A DNA stretch of 64,000 bases from Octopus vulgaris. Its lineage: Eukaryota. How positions within the stretch are numbered: the first letter of the stretch is position 1; each line of letters starts with the position of its first letter. The position numbers and the translations under genes were made by a program. Below the pieces are notes generated by a model. It was given only the letters and a program-made list of their open reading frames with translations. It made no database searches and had not been told where the DNA came from. The DNA lies in assembly GCA_951406725.2 (NCBI GenBank), contig OX597815.1, positions 64,790,001 through 64,854,000 on the forward strand, written 5' to 3'. Shown in pieces: positions 1-13,117 of the stretch.

Positions 1-69
1 AATTGAGTAACGCTCATGTTTATAGACGGGGCTGTGGTGCTTTCTTGATACATGCACGCACATATATAG

Positions 70-141
<72 letters not shown>

Positions 142-208
142 TTCTATATAAAGTTATAATAACACAATTATAGTTTAAACTGAAAGATTACTCAATACTT
201 TTTGAGTA

Positions 209-326
209 TATATTTATTATTCTTTGACGAGAATAGTATCGGCAGTGACTTCGAAGTTTCAGTCAGCTAACTCCGAAACTTCGAAGTCACTGCTAATACT
301 ATTCTTGTTAAAGAATAATAAATATA
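209..326. repeat. 52-bp imperfect inverted repeat; probable head-to-head remnant of two PLE pLTR ends
   Basis: Arms 209-260 and 275-326 are reverse complements with 4 mismatches; each arm read outward begins GAAAC-TTCGAA-GTC-ACTGC, the 3' half of a minimal hammerhead (GAAA, palindromic stem III, GUC). Confidence 0.65.
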
Positions 327-439
327 AATATGTATCAGTGCGTTAGTCTTCTGCATAGTTTCCGTCGAATAAATTCACTCACAACACATTGGTTTCGCCG
401 GGGCTATTGAAGAATGTGCCGCTCTCATGGACTGAAACA

Positions 440-790
440 TTAGCACGCCAGGCGAAATGCATAGCGATATTTAGTCTGCGTTACGTTGTGAGTTCAAATT
501 CCGCCGAGGTCGACTTTGCCTTTCATCCTTTCGGGGTCGATAAATTAAGTACCAGTTACGCACTGGGGTCGATGTAATCGACTTAATACCTATGTCAGTC
601 CTTGTTTGTCCCCTCTGTGTTTAGCCCCTTGTGGGTAATAAAGAAATAGGTATTTAGTCTGTCTTTACGTTCTGAGTTCAAATTCCACCGAGGTCGACTT
701 TGCCTTTCATCCTTTAGGGTCGATAAATTAAGTGCCAGTTGCGTACTGACCCCCTCCCCAAAAATTTCGGGCCTTGTGCCTAGAGTAGTA
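440..790 (+). mobile_element. Meta-domain-type tRNA-derived SINE, two partial copies in tandem
   Basis: B box GAGTTCAAATTCC then GCCTTTCATCCTTTCGGGGTCGATAAATTAAGTACCAG, repeated at ~675-745; first copy ends in a LINE-like tail with AATAAA. Confidence 0.75.
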
Positions 791-1324
791 AAAAACTCTT
801 AACAGCACAGGTTAATCTGCGCCTATTTTTTTTTTTTACTTTTCCTTTTTATGTACATTGTTAAGTAGGCATAGTGAGAGTAGTGGGTGTGGGTAAATGT
901 ATCTGTGGTGGCTTAGCAAAATATACGAACTGATATAGATGCGTATTTAGTGCCATTGAAAAATTTGGCCCACGAGAAGATTTTTGGCAGTTTGAAAGCA
1001 GGCTCAAACAGGTATGATTTATTCTTAGTTTAAAATTCATCAGAAACCATTTAGTTCTCCTTCAGAAAACGAGGTCCAAAGTAACGAAAGGTAACGAAAG
1101 ATCCTAAATAACGAAAGGTCCTAAGTAGCAATAGAACACTTCTCAGATATAAGCAAATATGTACAGAGATGACGCAATTACAATAATGATAACAATGGGG
1201 ATAAAATTATTTATCCATGTAGCCGTATTTAGCTGTATAGTTTTTTTTAATAATTATGATGAGTAAACATTAATACGGTTGCGGGGAGGCGTACTTTAGC
1301 CTTATCAGGAGTTAACAGATGTCT

Positions 1325-1690
1325 TTTATCTTTTCTCTTTTATAGTTTCAGTCATGAGACTGCAGCCGCGCTGGGGCGCCGCCTTGAAAACTTTTCAGTC
1401 GAATGAATCGACCCCAGTATTTTTATTGGTGTCTTTTGCCAAACTGCTAAGTTACGAGGACATAGATACACTAACAACGGTTGTCAAGAGGTGGTAGGAA
1501 CCAAACACAAACACACATACATATAAATAAATACATATACGACGTGCTTCTTTCAGTTTTCATCTATCAAATCTACTCACAAGACTTTGGTTGGCTCGAG
1601 CCCATAGTAGAAGACACTTTTTAGTGGGACTGAACCCAGAACCATGTGGTTGAGAAGTAAACTCCTTACTACACAGCCACGCCTGCACTT
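1325..1690 (-). mobile_element. CORE-type tRNA-derived SINE
   Basis: Reverse complement of the family at 45462-45895 (tRNA-like head GTGGCTGTGTAGTAAG...GGTTCAGTCCCAC, tail TGACTGAAAC...AAAAG). Confidence 0.8.
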
Positions 1691-2072
1691 ATTGTTGTCT
1701 AAAGATGACGTACAATTCCTATACTGAGGGCTCTAATTTGTGCTGGTTGTGTTGTAGGAATTTCGACACACAGAAAAGATATCAACATTATTCAGTTATA
1801 ATATAATCATTTAGCTAATGAAGTTCGTGATCAGCTATTCGTTTTCAATCGAAAAAAATACATTTATGCTTCTGATGCTCTTGAAAAAGACATGAGCTCT
1901 CTTCATTTATAAATACTGTAAAAAGTATACGAAAAATAACATTTCAAAAATCAGTGAAACGGAAATATATTTTTAAAAAAGCAGAAAAAAAGAAAAATAT
2001 TTTAAATATAAAAAAAGATGTAACATTTTCAAATGTTCAACAGCAATAAAACAAAATACGAAAAAGAATTAA

Positions 2073-2154
2073 CGCTGCGAACAGGATTCGAACCTGTGAG
2101 GGCATCGCCCATTGGATTTCGAGTCCAACGCCTTAACCACTCGGCCATCGCAGC
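2073..2154 (-). tRNA. tRNA-Ser (anticodon CGA)
   Basis: Minus strand GCTGCGATGGCCGAGTGGTTAAGGCGTTGGACTCGAAATCCAATGGGCGATGCCCTCACAGGTTCGAATCCTGTTCGCAGCG: perfect acceptor, anticodon, variable and T stems, G73; T5 Pol III terminator at 2061-2065; TATA-like element ~30 nt upstream. Confidence 0.97.
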
Positions 2155-3041
2155 ATCTAGTAAACCGCTGCCCATTTTAGTCTATATAAATAAGAGAGCC
2201 GAATAGTTGTGATAATAGGAATGATTGATGTTTCTTTTCATCGAATATAAACACATTTTTAAAGTATAGATGTGTCTACGTGACGAAAGTGATATTTTCT
2301 TGTCGGTTTAGCTTTATATTATGTAGCTACAATAACGAGGAGAGTAGTTGTATATATCTGTAGCCGTCTGCGCGTTGAGCGACTTACCTTTCCCAGGATG
2401 ACCTACTTTCTTCTCTGCTGCTGTTTATCTGAATTTTTTTTTTCTTCCAAAATCTTCAACGCCAGACGGAATCATCCGAATGATTTCCAATATTTACAAA
2501 TATTTCAATAATTTTATTCATTCATTTATATATTATATTTATTTAAATCATAACTGTGTGTGTGTATTATAGAAGAAGTGTGTGTGTGTATTATAGTAGA
2601 AGTGTGTGTGTGAATGACTATCTGTTTTATTTATTTTACCGCTTGTCGTTTGCAATGTTTGACGTAGTAGTCTTTTTCGTTAAAGAGGACAAGAAAAAGA
2701 ATGAAATTAGCTTCTATAGCCATAATTAAGGACATTTATTCCGTTCACACACCTATAATTCTGTGTGTGGTTAAACCAGTTTCAAAAAAAATTTTTATGT
2801 CGTTTATTTATTTATTTTTTGCGCTTTCTCTTGTTTTTTTTTATTTTCACCTACCACATGGCCCCAAACTAGATTGTTTACACCCTACAGTTAAATCCCC
2901 AACTGTAGTAACTTCACCGGGTTCGATTCTGATTTCACTCATGCGGCTTAAAAAGAATAAGTATCAAGAGTCAAGTACTCAAGTTTGTTCATTCCGACTA
3001 TCTGTGACTTTCCTCTTATACTACTACTACTACTACTAATG

Positions 3042-3073
<32 letters not shown>

Positions 3074-3207
3074 GCTACAGTCTCTCTTGAGAGAATCTAT
3101 GGTAATGATGTATGTAAAACTTTACACAGGTTTTCTTGTGGCAATGGGAGATGTAAACTACATGTATGTGAGATACGTCAACTGTTTTCGATAATTTAAG
3201 TTCACAA

Positions 3208-3253
<46 letters not shown>

Positions 3254-3319
3254 CACATATATATTCATACACACACACACACATGCACACATACATACAT
3301 ATACATATACACACATATA

Positions 3320-3414
<95 letters not shown>

Positions 3415-3487
3415 GTTTAAGTAGTTGAATGAATTATCCTAGTATGGATAATTCGGTTAACCGATACCCGGGTAGCAAATTTATCTA

Positions 3488-3538
<51 letters not shown>

Positions 3539-3571
3539 ATGTATATATGTATATATATTATTCTTATTATT

Positions 3572-3615
<44 letters not shown>

Positions 3616-3698
3616 AGAGAGAGAGAGAGAGAGAGAGATAAATAGATAGACAGACAGACAGAGAGACAGACAGACAGACAGACAGAAGACAGACAGAC

Positions 3699-3762
<64 letters not shown>

Positions 3763-3763
3763 G

Positions 3764-3814
<51 letters not shown>

Positions 3815-3926
3815 TCAGATGAATATGGTACTTAAGTCAAAGGCACCAGAATTTTGTATGGTATTCTCCATATAAATCAATGGGGTGATTATAATCAAAA
3901 TAAGCAACAAGGATATCCAAAGGTAG

Positions 3927-4014
3927 TGTAGTACAATCGTTTCATGCTACTTCATTTAATTAAACAATGTAAGTATTACATCAGTTTTAAAATGTAGAGC
4001 ACTCTTCAGCCACG
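3927..4014 (-). ncRNA. Hammerhead ribozyme (mirror copy)
   Basis: Reverse complement of the motif at 4127-4214. Confidence 0.75.
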
Positions 4015-4126
4015 TATGGAATTTTTAAAATTAAATTGATAATGTTCATTTTTATACTTGTTCCATTTGCCTACATTACAAAGAGGGTAGGTGTAACATT
4101 GTCAATTTAATTAAAAAAATTCCATA

Positions 4127-4214
4127 TGTGGCTGAAGAGTGCTCTACATTTTAAAACTGATGTAATACTTACATTGTTTAATTAAATGAAGTAGCATGAA
4201 ACGATTGTACTACA
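4127..4214 (+). ncRNA. Type I hammerhead ribozyme with long stem II
   Basis: TGTGG-CTGAAGA-GTGCT...AGCAT-GAAAC-GATT-GTA-CTACA: canonical core, stem I TGTGG/CTACA, GUA cleavage triplet. Confidence 0.8.
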
Positions 4215-4245
4215 CTACTTTTGGATATCCTTGTTGCTTATTTTG

Positions 4246-4641
<396 letters not shown>

Positions 4642-4898
4642 GAGAGAGAGAGAGAAAGAGAAAAGTGTGCGAGACACACAGAGACAGAATGTATGTATGT
4701 ATGTATTTAAGAAATAACAATAAACACAATTCTGTATCATTTGTTCCTACGTACGTTTCACCATTATGGTTGTTTGGAACACTACGTTCGATATTCCAAA
4801 TGCAATGCGATGCTTAAGCCACAACAGAACATTAGGGCAACGTTCTATTGCTTTATTAACAGTAGTAGTCGTACATATGTATGTACATACAAGTTACA

Positions 4899-4956
<58 letters not shown>

Positions 4957-4981
4957 GCGCACACACACATACACATATATA

Positions 4982-5467
4982 CAGGGTTATTCAAACAGAA
5001 TGCACCGATTTAATTACGCCGTATTTTAATAACTTTTATTTCCTGTCTTCAAATGTGACCACTACCTGCAGCAATATCAATGCGATAAGAGAATTCCTCC
5101 CAGGTGCGTATCAACATATCACGATAAATTTCCCCAGAACTCACCGTGTGTGATTTTTTTCTTGTGGGGATATGTCAAAGACCGTTTATGTTCCACCGCT
5201 ACCCACTAACCTCAATAACCTTAAACATCGAATAACAACAGCGATCAACTCAGTGGATCGTGATATGCTGATACGCGTCTGGGAGGAATTCTCTTATCAC
5301 ATTGATATTGCCCGTGCTGCAGGTAGTGGCTACAATGAACACTTGTAAAGACAGGAAATAAAAGTTGATTGTGAGTAAATACTTGGGACTTAGATGGAGT
5401 TTTCTATTGCTTCTTTTTATTAAAATATTGCGTAATGAAATCATTTCATTCTTTTTGAATAACCCTG
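4982..5467 (+). mobile_element. Non-autonomous Tc1/mariner element
   Basis: TA-flanked TIRs CAGGGTTATTCAAA / TTTGAATAACCCTG; internal transposase C-terminus SPELTVCDFF.WGYVKD...DMLIRVWEEFSY. Confidence 0.85.
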
Positions 5468-5496
5468 TACACACACACACACACACATACACGCAT

Positions 5497-5577
<81 letters not shown>

Positions 5578-5899
5578 GATATACACAAACATATATATAT
5601 AATCTATGAATAAAATCACACACCTCTCACACAAACTGTATCAATCTAAAGTTTGCGAAGTACTTTCGCACGAAACTCCTTGCCCTTTAGTCACTTAAAT
5701 AGAAAAACACTGCTAATATAGGAAAAGGGGAAAACAATACCTTATGTTTTGAGTTATTCTATATTAAAAATCCTCTTTTACTCTCGCTCTCTCATTTGCT
5801 CTCTCTATCTCCCTCTTTTACTCTCCCTCTCCTCTCTCTCTCTCTCTCTCTCTCTATCACACACACACACGCACGCGCGCGCGCATCTTCATCCTAACT

Positions 5900-6510
5900 T
5901 ATGGAGTTATGACGAACAGCTACTGTTGCATGTTAGACGAATCGAGCTATCGGCCGAGTCCATGGTGAAGATCATCCCACCTCCTACCTGTCATAAAGTA
6001 GAGCAGGTGATGTTTCTCTTTCTAGTGACTATAGCGAAAGAGGCTGTGTGGTGGACGAGGCTGAAAGAATTGAAGAATGACACTTTCCTTTTCAGTCGAC
6101 TTTTTAAAGTTCCACTTGGAAAAGAAGGTGAGGGCAGAGAGGGAAGTGATTTCTTTCAATGAATTGGTGAAAATGTGGGAGGCTAGAGCAAGAATGGTTA
6201 GGGTAAATGTTTACTCTAAGCATGTTTATACTTGGGTAAATGGCTATTCTAAACTGTAGACTAGAAAACCAAAGTCGGACGAGTTTTTGAGCCCATAATA
6301 GTCAGGGTGATTTCGGAGTACTTTCACTGGCCGTAGTTGTTGGCTCTACTGTATCAGATGGACTGCATCATAGATATGTTCATATATTTTGTATTCTATC
6401 AATATTTATCTTAGTTATCTCTCCTCTCCCTTTCTTGCTCATACACGGACTGCAAAGTGTACTTGTAATGACCCTTCCTCTGGTGCCCCTCTAGGAAATA
6501 AAAGATGTCA
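5900..6510 (+). mobile_element. Tx1/L1-like LINE 3' fragment
   Basis: AKEAVWWTRLK...FLKFHLEKKVRAERE, homologous to 23770-24020; ends near AATAAA at ~6497. Confidence 0.6.
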
Positions 6511-6818
6511 TCACCATTTTTATTGTTGATGCTGTCGTTGTAAAAATATCTTTGTCGATAAATACCAGTTGAGCACTGCGATGGAAGTAATCGTCTAACG
6601 TCCTATCCTAAATTTGATGACCTTGAGCCAAATTTTGAAACCACTATTGCGGTTGTTGTTTTTGTTTTAAGGCATTTTAAAGAAAAACTACTGAACATTT
6701 ATGGATAATGTGAATCTATACTGAAAACAGGGTCAAAGTCACTGCCAAGTCTTAATTGTGTGTGTCTCTGATATCTGTGCACGTATATGTATGTATGTAT
6801 GTATATATGTATGTATAG

Positions 6819-6860
<42 letters not shown>

Positions 6861-7330
6861 ACTATATACATATTGATGCATAAATGCATATATATATACA
6901 TACACGCATATCTATAAACATACATACTTGGTTGTGTGTGTGTGTGTGTACGGATCTGATAGACTAAGTACAAAAGTACCAAGAGGAAACATATTTCTAT
7001 TCTCATCAACTTAGCTTCTCATCCATCAAAGGATAAACACGAAAACCACCACCTCCACCGCCCATCTCAACCTCCATACATTCACATCACGTCACATCAC
7101 ACCACATTGCATCAGTTCAATTTTGATATCCACTAAATTAGAATAGATGCAAGAGAGATAACTTAAATATCAAGGGAGACAATAGAAATGCAGAGTTATG
7201 TCCCATGCGGATACTTTGATTAAAGCCTGCATTTTGCCTTTTTTTCTAGTTTTTCTCATGAAACATATTCATAGGAAACGTTTCGTTTTATCCGTAATAG
7301 GTAATTGCAATAAATATTTTTGCATGTAAG

Positions 7331-7378
<48 letters not shown>

Positions 7379-7639
7379 CGGGGGGTGCTATACATGTATT
7401 AATTATTCACTTATTTATTTGTTAACAAGTATTTTGGAGTGAGCAAGTTGTTTTATTACTTGAATTTCCTCGGCTTTCGAACTCGAGAGAATTGCTGTAT
7501 TATATAATATATGTAACAATAGACTTAAACTGTATTCATTCATCAGAACCATGTAAAAAGTTAATTTGCAACAGAGAACGTGTATTGTCACGAATTCATA
7601 TCAATAGTAAATTTGTGTGTTCATACATTTGTATATCAC

Positions 7640-7784
7640 AAGCAGGTTCTCAACCACATGGTTCCGGATAGAGTACCACTGCGTGGCACCTTGGGCAAGT
7701 GTTTTCTACTATAGCCTCTGGCCGACTAAACTCCTGTAAGTGGATTTGGTAGATCGAGGCTGAAATAAGTCCATCGTGTGTGTG

Positions 7785-7844
<60 letters not shown>

Positions 7845-8045
7845 TGACCCCATCCCCATCACCGCTTGACAACCGGTGCTGGTGCGTTTATGTTCAAAAC
7901 TTAGCGGTTTGGCAAAAGGACCGATAGAATAAGTACTAGGTTTTAAAAAATGGGTCCTGGGGGTTAATTGTTTCGACTAAGAATCCTTTAAGGGGGTGCT
8001 CCAGCACAACCACAGCTAAATGACTGAAACAATCAAAAGAATAAA
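7640..8045 (+). mobile_element. CORE-type SINE with internal (GT)n
   Basis: GCGTGGCACCTTGGGCAAGTG core and TGACTGAAAC tail. Confidence 0.8.
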
Positions 8046-8561
8046 CTAATAAAGTAAATAAATAGATAAACCGATAGATAAATAAATAAATACAGAATGA
8101 ATCACAATTTAAATTAACCGATCAACACATGCGATGAGGAACAGAGGAAAGGATAAACAGAAAACAAGACAGTAGATTAACTGATAATCACACTTTCTTT
8201 TGTTTGTTTTTGTTTCCAGAAAATGTATAAATCATTTGGCTTGGTAATAGCCGGTCTTCTTTAATTATTCTTTTATAAGACAGATATCTTCAGACATAAT
8301 TATTTACGTTTGCAAGATGCGAAGGCAGTGCTCTAAATTGAAAGAGTAAAATCTAGATTTAAAAGAGTAAAAGAGGTGAATACCCGAATGAAATTGATAT
8401 AATGCAAACAGACACACATGCAGAAAAACTGACAGGTAGGCAGACAGGCCGGCAGCAAGGCAGGCGGGTAGACAAGCAGACAGACAGACAGGCAAGTAAG
8501 CAGAGAGCAAGACTGTGTCGGACAGACAGACAAATGGATAGATAGATAGATAGATAGATAA

Positions 8562-9016
8562 GATATGTTTCTTTATTAGCCACACAGGGCTGAACACAGA
8601 GGAGACAAATTACAAAGTAGAGCTTTTCTTTTGGGGGAGAAAAAAAAAGGTGGGTGTAGGTTTTCGATCAAAAGGGATCGTAAGAAAAAACGATCAATAG
8701 GGATTGTGTATCACAGAAATGTCATGATGTAAAGTGTAAAGGGGGTAAACAGATAAGGTTTATCCGTGGAAAGAAAAGCCTACGAAAAAGACAACGGTAT
8801 CTTCGGTCAATAATGTCACATGTTAACACATTTATTTGCAAGTAGGTAACTCTCTGTTTTAAATTTTTCCGGGTTCATAGGATCATGCTCAAGGTGGCTT
8901 CCGTGTTTCTCAAGCCGTGTCTGTAGATCTTATTCCGAACGAGTAGTGCTTCTCGGTAGCACTGCCAGGCCAGGGATCTCTGGAAGTTGTCCATAGGTCC
9001 CGGCCCGAAAGTCGTC
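8562..9016 (-). mobile_element. Tx1/L1-like LINE 3' end within a (GATA)n tract
   Basis: FGPGPMDNFQRSLAWQCYREALLVRNKIYRHG matches the zf-RVT-like region at 63064-63354; AATAAA followed by (TATC)n. Confidence 0.7.
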
Positions 9017-9096
<80 letters not shown>

Positions 9097-9220
9097 GACT
9101 GAGATGTATTTTCCTAACAAGTGGTTTGATCTAAGTCTGCGTTGGAATTAAAACAGTCACAACGTAAATGAATTAGCCATTCGAAACCACACAAAACTAT
9201 TAATCTCACATAACCATCTA

Positions 9221-9342
9221 TTATTTGGAGTCAAGCTTTTCGTCGCACCAACTGCGACCTGGTCACTGAAACAGCAATAGTGGAACCGTGTCAGAGACCA
9301 AGTCGCAGATAGTACGACAAAAACATTGACACCAAATCATAA
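9221..9342. repeat. Imperfect palindrome, ~46-bp arms (MITE-like)
   Basis: TTTGGAGTCAAGCTTTTCGTCGCACCAACTGCGACCTGGTCACTGA pairs with TCAGAGACCAAGTCGCAGATAGTACGACAAAAACATTGACACCAAA. Confidence 0.7.
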
Positions 9343-9664
9343 ATATGAAAGAGAATTTAAGTCTGTATTTCTGAATGGCGAATGTGTGTCTGCCAAACTA
9401 TTTATTATATACGTGTGTGTGTGTGTGTGTGTGTGTGTATGCGTATATGCTTGGGATTTATTAACCTGTTGAATTTTTTCCTTTACAGACACCGCTTTCC
9501 TTTAGACAACATCGGTGGCATTGAAAGGGACGACTCTGCTGGTCTTCTATATAAACGCATATCCAGGTGTCTTTAAATACTGGCTCATTGTCTTAAGAAT
9601 CATATGGGAAACCCCGGTATCCAACCTAATTTCTGTCAACGAGTCATTTTCTATGATTGTAGAC

Positions 9665-9993
9665 GAGTGGTTTTCAATCATTTTTATCTATAGACTCCCC
9701 TTGATTACTATTTTATTCCGGTAGACCCCCAACATCACTCGATGTTTAAAAACTAGTTCTATAGACACATCTTTCAAAATTCCTGTTTTGCTATTCTCAA
9801 CTTGTGTAGGTTGAACTACATTAAATATTAGACAAAAAACTGAGCTGTTTCTTGCAAAAAATACATCTAAATCAAAACTTTTCAAGGACCCTTAATATAC
9901 AAGTGTCGACAAATTTACTATTTTGCTTGTGTGGGCCCCAAAAATTAAATATCTACCCCAAGGAGCCGTATGGACTCCGGTTGAAAACCACTG
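9665..9993. mobile_element. hAT (Charlie-like) MITE
   Basis: TIRs (G)AGTGGTTTTCAA / TTGAAAACCACTG; 8-bp TSD TTGTAGAC / AAGTAGAC. Confidence 0.7.
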
Positions 9994-10698
9994 AAGTAGA
10001 CTAAAGTTTCAGACAAACACCATCAATAGCACTGGTACCCCATGTGGGTAGTTGAGGCAACCCAATGGATACGGTTTTATAGAATGTTTCAACAGAGTAT
10101 GCGCATGGACTGTTTTCCATCGTCTTCGGAAACCCCAACATGAAGTTGAAACCACGTCTACACGTTAACAAACATTCGACATACATCGCTGGTTATTCCT
10201 TCTGTTCCGAATTATATATATCCATCTATGTATCATATTTAATGTAAGGAAAATTTACTACGGTATTTGTTCAGAAATAACAACTCTTATAGATGTTGTG
10301 TGTTTTAAAACGCAATATGCACGAGAGACGAGGGAGTATTTCCCCCACAGTTGGTTTTGTCAATGGCCTGTACTCACAGCCAGAAATGCTTAGACATTTG
10401 ACACTTCTCATATATAAGGAAACATTGAATAAACATTCACATGATACATAGGTATCTATTTTAATCTAATATCACTTTTGTTGCATGTAACGGACAGCTA
10501 TTCGCAATACGAAAATCGACAACTTTTGCTTTGGAGTAACATAAAGACAGAGAAAGAGGAAAAACAGAGAGACAGCAGACAGGCAAAGACACAGACAGAC
10601 AGACAGACATGAGGACGGACGGAGGGTCGGAGGGACGGACGGACAGACAGACAGACAGAGTTAGATAGACAGACAGACAGATAGACAGACAGACAGAC

Positions 10699-10781
<83 letters not shown>

Positions 10782-11129
10782 ACCCAATCCCAGCTACATA
10801 TGCTATTCATACTAATCTCCTTTCGCTACTTCTATACTTCTGTTGTCTATGATACATCCTATATTGATTTCTAAAATAGGATCTTATTCTTGTGGTGAAT
10901 TTATCCTCAAAATACTCCCCAGTTTCATCTAATTGCTCTGAGTGACAGTCTGCATTCTACTTTTCATAGTTTTGAACAGAAGGTAGTGCCCACGACATTC
11001 TACAGGGCCTCTGAATATTAATGGGCGAGAAGAAGGAACCGTTCCTAAAATCAAAATCCTGGCTGAATGGACTTCGCGAAAGACATCAAAAGTGACAAAT
11101 CATGGTGTTAAACTGGATGAAGGATAAAG

Positions 11130-11372
11130 TCTACGAACCAAGTAGGATTCGAACACAGAGCACGAAGAGCCGAGACAAATATTGCAAGACATTGGATCCG
11201 ACATTCTTGCAGGTTCGCCAATTCACCGACGAGGGCTCGTACTTTTTATCGACTCTGAAAGGGTACAAGACATAATCGACCGCAGCAGGATTTGAACACA
11301 TAACACAGAGAGCGGGAACAAAATCCACGAAAAAATTGTGTCCGACTCTACCGACTCAGCCAATCCGCCACT
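11130..11372 (-). mobile_element. Meta-type SINE, degenerate
   Basis: GTACTTTTTATCGACTCTGAAAGG...GGATTTGAAC, reverse complement of the 440-790 family. Confidence 0.6.
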
Positions 11373-11480
11373 ATGTTTATATCAAAACTTCTCCAGTTAC
11401 TAGCAATCCTTCCATTATTTCCCAAAAGGTGTTGCAGATATATTTCTTACCTCACCACAGTCTGAAGTCTCATAGACACA

Positions 11481-11602
<122 letters not shown>

Positions 11603-12765
11603 CTGACATTCTCTTCACAGAGATTTCAGTCATATTAAATTACGGCATCACTTGTTAAGATTATCTCTGCAGATATATTATGCCAAAAACGTTGGTGTTC
11701 CTACAAATTCTTAAATCATCGATATAGTCAGTCCTTTATGCAAATAGAACTTCGACGAAAGAAACTTTATTGTTGTTATAATCGTGTACAACCATATTCA
11801 ACACGTTCGTGTGCACTCGGACGCTGGAAGACAGCGCCTGACAGAAAACACAATGTGTCATAAATGACGTCATTAGATCGTAAGGCGGATGCATTGTGGT
11901 TAATCCTGATCCAAGCAGATCTATGATCAATGGCGTTCTATCAGTAATCATATCGTCTTCAAGTAATTTTTATTAAATTATATATATGCTTCTCATTTTA
12001 AAAAAATGGGTGTGAGTTACGAAAGATTTGGCTGCTAGTTCTAGCAAGTCATTTGACCACGTAGAGGATCTCTCATTGTAAGGATGTTGCCCTTTAAAAT
12101 TTACATATAAAATACTATCTTATCATTCCATTGTGTGATGCCAATGACTCTTCTTCGAGTCACATTTTGTCAACTCGGGGCTTGGTTAATACAACGACAC
12201 TCTTCTTCATATAACATATCTAAAGAACTCGCAATAATGTACAGTTTCCGAAGTTTCTAAAATAAATTTCCGAAACTTCACTTTGTCTCACTGATATCTT
12301 CGCAGAGACTTCGTATATACGATCTTTAAGTAACATAAACCTCACTTCTTTAACATTCAGCCGTATTATTGTACAAGATATTTTAATATGTCGTGACTGA
12401 TGCAATAAGTTCTGACTACTATTGAATAGCTTATTAGAACATTGTCTTGCTTTGATAATTATTCAATGACCTTGCTTCCATCATTAAGATAAACCCGTAA
12501 TTAATTTGTCTGTGAGATAAGCCTGTACTTTGCAACACCTGCACGGCACCGATTTTCATATTTAGAGGTTATTTATCCCATTTTCAGGCTCTTTGAGATT
12601 TTTATCATTTCCGATAAAATTTATATCGTGATCCACAGTGATTTGGTTACTGTTTTCTTCCACGCACTTAAGAGGACTTCAAACGGATTATCTCGACCTG
12701 TTGACAAGATCGTGTCAATTTCTACTGTAATATCATCCCTTATCCAGATGATACAATCATACGTA

Positions 12766-13051
12766 ACCCAAACATTATAAGAGTACTTAATCTCGCGCTA
12801 AACGTGCGCTATTTCCATGAAGAAGCCCGTGCAAAACATTGCCCAGAGAAGCCTATGATAACTCATAAAAACATAAAAACACAATGATTGCTCGTGTGAA
12901 AAATGTAAATATTTCATTACACCAGCCCCCATAAACGTCTTCTTTTTCTCTCCCTCATTGTCACTTTCAATCTATCTCCATTCCCGGGTCTATTTTTACT
13001 TATTTTCTTTTTGACTTCTTTACGTAGGAGCTCTTCATATAGCTATCTTCA

Positions 13052-13056
<5 letters not shown>
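12766..13056. repeat. ~300-bp dispersed duplication, second copy at 22556-22855
   Basis: AACCCAAACATTATAAG...GCGCTAAACGTGCGCTA.TTCCATGAAGAAGCCC...CTCCATTCCCGGGT...TTCATGCA is shared, roughly 80% identical by eye. Confidence 0.8.
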
Positions 13057-13091
<35 letters not shown>

Positions 13092-13117
13092 CAACAGCTT
13101 CCACAAGGACATGTGTT

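Larger units (their letters stand above)
3820..4250. mobile_element. Non-coding fold-back PLE pLTR element with two outward-facing hammerheads
   Basis: ~156-bp inverted arms 3891-4046 / 4095-4250; left arm has an extra ~70-nt tail; flanked by (GATA)n and (TA)n. Confidence 0.8.
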
